64,000 bases of DNA from an uncultured delta proteobacterium (GTDB lineage: Bacteria > Desulfobacterota > Binatia > UBA9968), in the NCBI GenBank assembly GCA_963760795.1, contig CAVXEP010000022.1:192001-256000 (forward strand), written 5' to 3'. Position 1 is the stretch's first letter. The number at the start of each line of letters is the position of its first letter. The position numbers and the translations under genes were made by a program. Shown in pieces: positions 60,433 through 64,000 of this stretch. The notes below the pieces were generated by a model. That model had not been told where the DNA came from, did not search any database, and was given only the letters and a program-made list of their open reading frames with translations.

Positions 60433-61564
60433 ATGAGCGAAGGCAACCTACCGAAATTTGGCATCAGCAAGAACGTGAAACTGGTCGGCCGCACCGACCT
60501 CGCCGGCGGCGGCCAAGTCGTCGTCGAAAACGGCTACGCTTACGTCGGCCATATGGAACCGCCCCATGGCACGACGATCCTCGATGTCAAAGATCCCAAG
60601 CATCCGAAAGTCATCGCCGAGGTCGAATTCCCCAGGGCGTGCACTCGCACAAGGTGCGCGTCAGCGGCGATGTCATGCTGGTGAATCTGGAACGATACCG
60701 GCCGAAAGAGAGACTGCCGACGGGTCTAAAGATTTACGACATCTCCAACCGCGAGAAGCCGCGCGAGATCGCATTTTATGAAACCAACGGCGGCGTGCAT
60801 CGTTTTACCTTCGATGGCCGCTACGCCTATCTCTCGGTGCATGTCGAAGGCTACATCGGACGTATCCCGATCATTTTGGATCTCAAAGATCCGAGCCAAG
60901 CCGGTTGAAGTCGGCCGCTGGTGGAAACCAGGACAGTGGATCGCCGGCGGCGAGAAGCCTACCTGGGAAGGCACCGCACATCAGTGCCATCATCCGATCC
61001 GCTACGGCGACCGGCTCTACGTCAGTTACTGGCATGGCGGCTTTCGTCATTCTCGATATCGCCGACATGAGCAAACCGAAATTTATCAGCGGCCTCAACT
61101 GGTCGCCGCCCTATCCTTCACCGATTCACACGACGTTGCCGATTCCGTGGAAGCTCAAGGGCCGCGACATGATGGTGGTGGTCGACGAGGAGGCCGGCAA
61201 ACGCGCGCCGACACCGCCGGCGTTCATGTGGATGGTCGATATCACGGATGAAAAACAGCCGGTATCGGTGTCGACCTTCAATCCCGAGGGCGCGTGGGAC
61301 ATCGCTCCCGGCAATCAATACGGCGCGCACCAACCGGCCGAGCAAGTTTACGACAACAAGATGTTCGTCACCTGGTTCAGCGGCGGCCTGCGCGTCGTCG
61401 ATATTTCGAATCCATACAGCCTGCAAGAGATCGGCTACTACGTGCCCAATCCAGGGCGCGGCCAGAAAACCGTCAAAAGCAACGATGTCTATCGCGACGC
61501 CAACGGCTTGCTCTACTTGATCGACCGGCTGGATGGATTGGAGATACTCGAAAGCGAAATATGA
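60433..61564 (+). CDS. LVIVD-repeat beta-propeller protein (frameshifts near 60633, 60898, 61043)
   Basis: TILDVKDPKHP, IYDISNREKP, ILDLKDP, ILDIAD..P, MVDITDEKQP, VVDISNP blades. Confidence 0.8.
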
Positions 61565-61569
61565 ATTTG

Positions 61570-61622
61570 ATGTCATTTCGATCGAAGGGACAAATCTTTC
61601 CCTCGCCTGCGCTCAGGATGGC
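61570..61622. repeat. Degenerate CGTC/GTCA-type REP
   Basis: tgtcatttcgatcgaagggacaaatct...ccctcgcctgcgctcaggatg. Confidence 0.5.
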
Positions 61623-61755
61623 GGATATCGGACTATCACGTTGGCGACGTTGCCGGGAAAATCCGAAAACGAAAGCATCATGCGATACCGCGGGGGCCTA
61701 CTATTAGCAGCTTGCTAAAAGAAGTGTTAGCGGAGCTGAGAAAGTGATCTGAAGC

Positions 61756-63347
61756 TCACAGCGCTTCGAACACGGCCGCGCCACGATCCTCATAGCGCAA
61801 CGCGAATCGCGAGTCGCTCAGGAAATGAAAATAGGCGTTAGCATCGAACTCCTTGAGCAAATAAACATAGCGCGCGCGATAGCGCTCCTTGAGCAACTTA
61901 AACGCATCCACGCCAGCCGGATCGGCACAGTCGCCGGTGGGACAGAGGAGGGAGGGCTGGCGCGCCGCGATTTTCAAACCGGACAAATACAACTGCGGAT
62001 CGAAAGCGTACTGGAAGATCGGGTCCATGCCGCTGGTGTAAACATTCTTGGTGTTCCAGAAAAACAGCTCGGGGAAATAGGACCAGCGAAAATTAAACAC
62101 GACATCGCCGGGGTTGGAGTTGGCATGGAGCCAGCGTGCCGCCGGCTCAGCTTGATTGACATCCCAGCCAAGCGCGACCACGCGATGGCGCTGCGTCACG
62201 CCGTAAACCGCCAACACGCTGAACAAACCGACAACGGCGAGGCGCGGCCAATTTTTGCCAGGCATGATCTCGCCGACCGCCAGTGCCAGCACCAGCACGC
62301 CGAAAGCCGAACAAAAATCGAAACCGCGGCGGGCAAACAAGATCGCGACTAGGAAGAAAACCGATGACAGCATCGCGCTCAGCAGTAGCGCGGTTTTTAT
62401 TGACACGGCGAACTGGGATCGACTGGCGATGGCGCGCCACAGGAGAAACAGCAGACTTGCCAACCACAGCAGGATAAACGGCAGATAGTTGCTGTAGTAA
62501 GCGAGCACCAACGGGCGCAGCTCGGAGCCGAATTCGAGCGGCGCATGAGCGAGGTTCGCAAGCGTAAGATCGACAACTTGAACATAAGCGATCGACGCCG
62601 CGCCCAACGGATTGGGCCGCAGCAGCCAGCCGGCGACGAGCCCCGCGCAGCCCGCAACGAACTCTTGCCAGCGCAGTTCCTTATCCGTGAAAATTTTTAT
62701 CGCCGGAAATAAACCGAGCAAGATCAGCGGCGCGAAGAAAAGACTCAAATGGACCCAGGCGATGGCAAAGGCGATGACAAAGACGCCGCGAAGATTGCCG
62801 AGCACGATCTGCGCCAGTAACAGCACGGTCAGTCCGAGCGAGAGCACTTGCGGCCGCAGCATGGTGACGCGGTGCAGCAGAAACGCCGAGGATACCAGCA
62901 GTGCGAAATGGCCAGAGCCATGCCGGCTTGAGATCGAGCTTTACGCAAGCGCAATAAATCGTCAGGAGAAACGCCCAGGTCAGAACCACCCCGGCCAGAC
63001 GCATGGCCAACACCGGATCGCCGATCCAGGTAAACGGTATCAAGAGGACATGAAAGCCGTACCAAATATCCGCCGAGTATTTACCGATGACCGAAAAGGG
63101 AATCCACGGAAACGCCGGCGAAAATAAATTTTCCTCGCCATAGAGCGCCGCGTGGCGGAAATGATAAAAGCCGTCGGGGTCGGCGAACTTGTCCGAGCTA
63201 AAATGCAACAGCGCCGAAACGATCAATGCGATGAGCGCAAAGATCAGCGCTTGACCGCGCGCGCTAAGCGCGGCAACCAGGCGGCGCCGATTAATTTCGC
63301 CTTGCGCTTTCCGCGCCGCTGCGCCGCTGTTTTCGCAACTTAGCCAT
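61756..63347 (-). CDS. Multi-pass membrane protein, GT-C-like glycosyltransferase candidate (frameshifts near 63325 and 62905)
   Basis: DPDGFYH in the first external loop, many TM helices, C-terminal soluble domain WLHANS.PGDVVF..WSYF. Confidence 0.65.
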
Positions 63348-63451
63348 TATCGTTGCGCCAACCGTAGCCGAGATTCTACATTCAATCAAAGCGAACGGCG
63401 TCGCAGCTGCGATTCACGCTTATTTCGGTAAATCGTCAGCGATTCGACAAT

Positions 63452-63478
63452 GTCGGGGCAGACTCCTGTGTTTGCCCT
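63452..63478 (+). repeat. Degenerate GTAG-type REP
   Basis: GTCGGGGCAGACTCCTGTGTTTGCCCT, a variant of the 27074-27100 element. Confidence 0.55.
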
Positions 63479-63789
63479 CTGCGCACCGGCGCCAGCGCAT
63501 TCTTGCTGGCTGCATTCGCTAGCCCGGATTATTCATCCTACCAGGAAAGCTGACAACAGAGTGTCGATCGAGGTGGAACCCTGTAGAAGCGAAAGGCATC
63601 AGCGCCAAAGGTTCATCGTCATGGTCAGTGCTCGGCAATATGTTTGACCTTTTCATAGGTAATTTCACGGCAGTTCGCTGCGCTTGCCGCTTCAAGGCAG
63701 AGCCGCTTTGCCTTCGCTCCGGAAGGGTTTCGCCGCGATCCCTGTTGCACCACGAATGATCCGGGCTAGGTCAGTTGCCGTGCAGAGAC

Positions 63790-63858
63790 TTATTTATTGA
63801 TGCCGTAGGCCGCGTAGGTTCGCTGCAAGAAGCCGCTCTCTTCGAGTTTTCTGAGCAT
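63790..63858 (-). pseudogene. Isolated 3' remnant of an NMT1-like SBP gene
   Basis: MLRKLEESGFLQRTYAAYGINK* matches the SBP SGF..Y tail; no SBP-like sequence recognised upstream to the window end. Confidence 0.55.
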
Positions 63859-64000
63859 AAATAAACCATCGAATCCCGTTTTTATCGAACGCAAACGCAT
63901 CAAGCGACTTCGCTGGTCAGCTAAAACCGAAGGTCTGGCGGAACGATTTCTGATGGCCGTCGATATTGCGAAAGACCGTGTCCCAATTGGAATCCCAAAA

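Noticed and set aside
3950-61050. Programmed ribosomal frameshifting as the cause of the split genes
   Set aside because: No shared slippery heptamer or stimulator noticed, and unrelated families are affected
176-63647. Numerous long antisense or alternate-frame ORFs (e.g. 1547-2242, 10454-11101, 27435-28202, 46324-47088, 57224-58057)
   Set aside because: Shadow ORFs expected in GC-rich coding DNA; no recognisable motifs
63480-63780. Short ORFs near the window end
   Set aside because: No recognisable motif or RBS; cannot be supported

Overview
GC-rich bacterial chromosomal window with no rRNA, tRNA, CRISPR array, integrase or intact transposase that I can see. It is dominated by solute-binding proteins (SBPs) and small-molecule catabolic enzymes. 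There are 10 NMT1/THI5(SsuA/TauA)-like SBPs, 3 TctC, 1 TAXI-like, 1 Fe/polyamine-type and 1 LivK-type SBP, but only two membrane transport systems (a Liv-type ABC behind benzoate-CoA ligase and one TctBAC). Enzymes include amidohydrolases, VOC proteins, cupins, an LLM oxidoreductase, a CocE hydrolase, acyl-CoA ligases and a radical SAM protein. This gene content resembles Candidatus Binatia/Binatota genomes (inference only). About a dozen genes are split by single-base frameshifts, most simply long-read indel errors. The most interesting candidate system is the co-oriented 35072-42790 cluster: two class II aldolase-fold decarboxylase-like paralogs, a CADD/PqqC-like heme-oxygenase-like diiron enzyme, three 4,5-dihydroxyphthalate-decarboxylase-like proteins and two SBPs. 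Other notable signals: orphan SBPs with two conserved C-terminal tail types; a tandem pair of exported PQQ sugar dehydrogenase-Ig fusions, one lacking the catalytic His; four sigma54-type promoters in front of envelope genes; a signal-less TAXI-fold protein; and several families of intergenic palindromic repeats. All family assignments come from motif recognition, not database searches.
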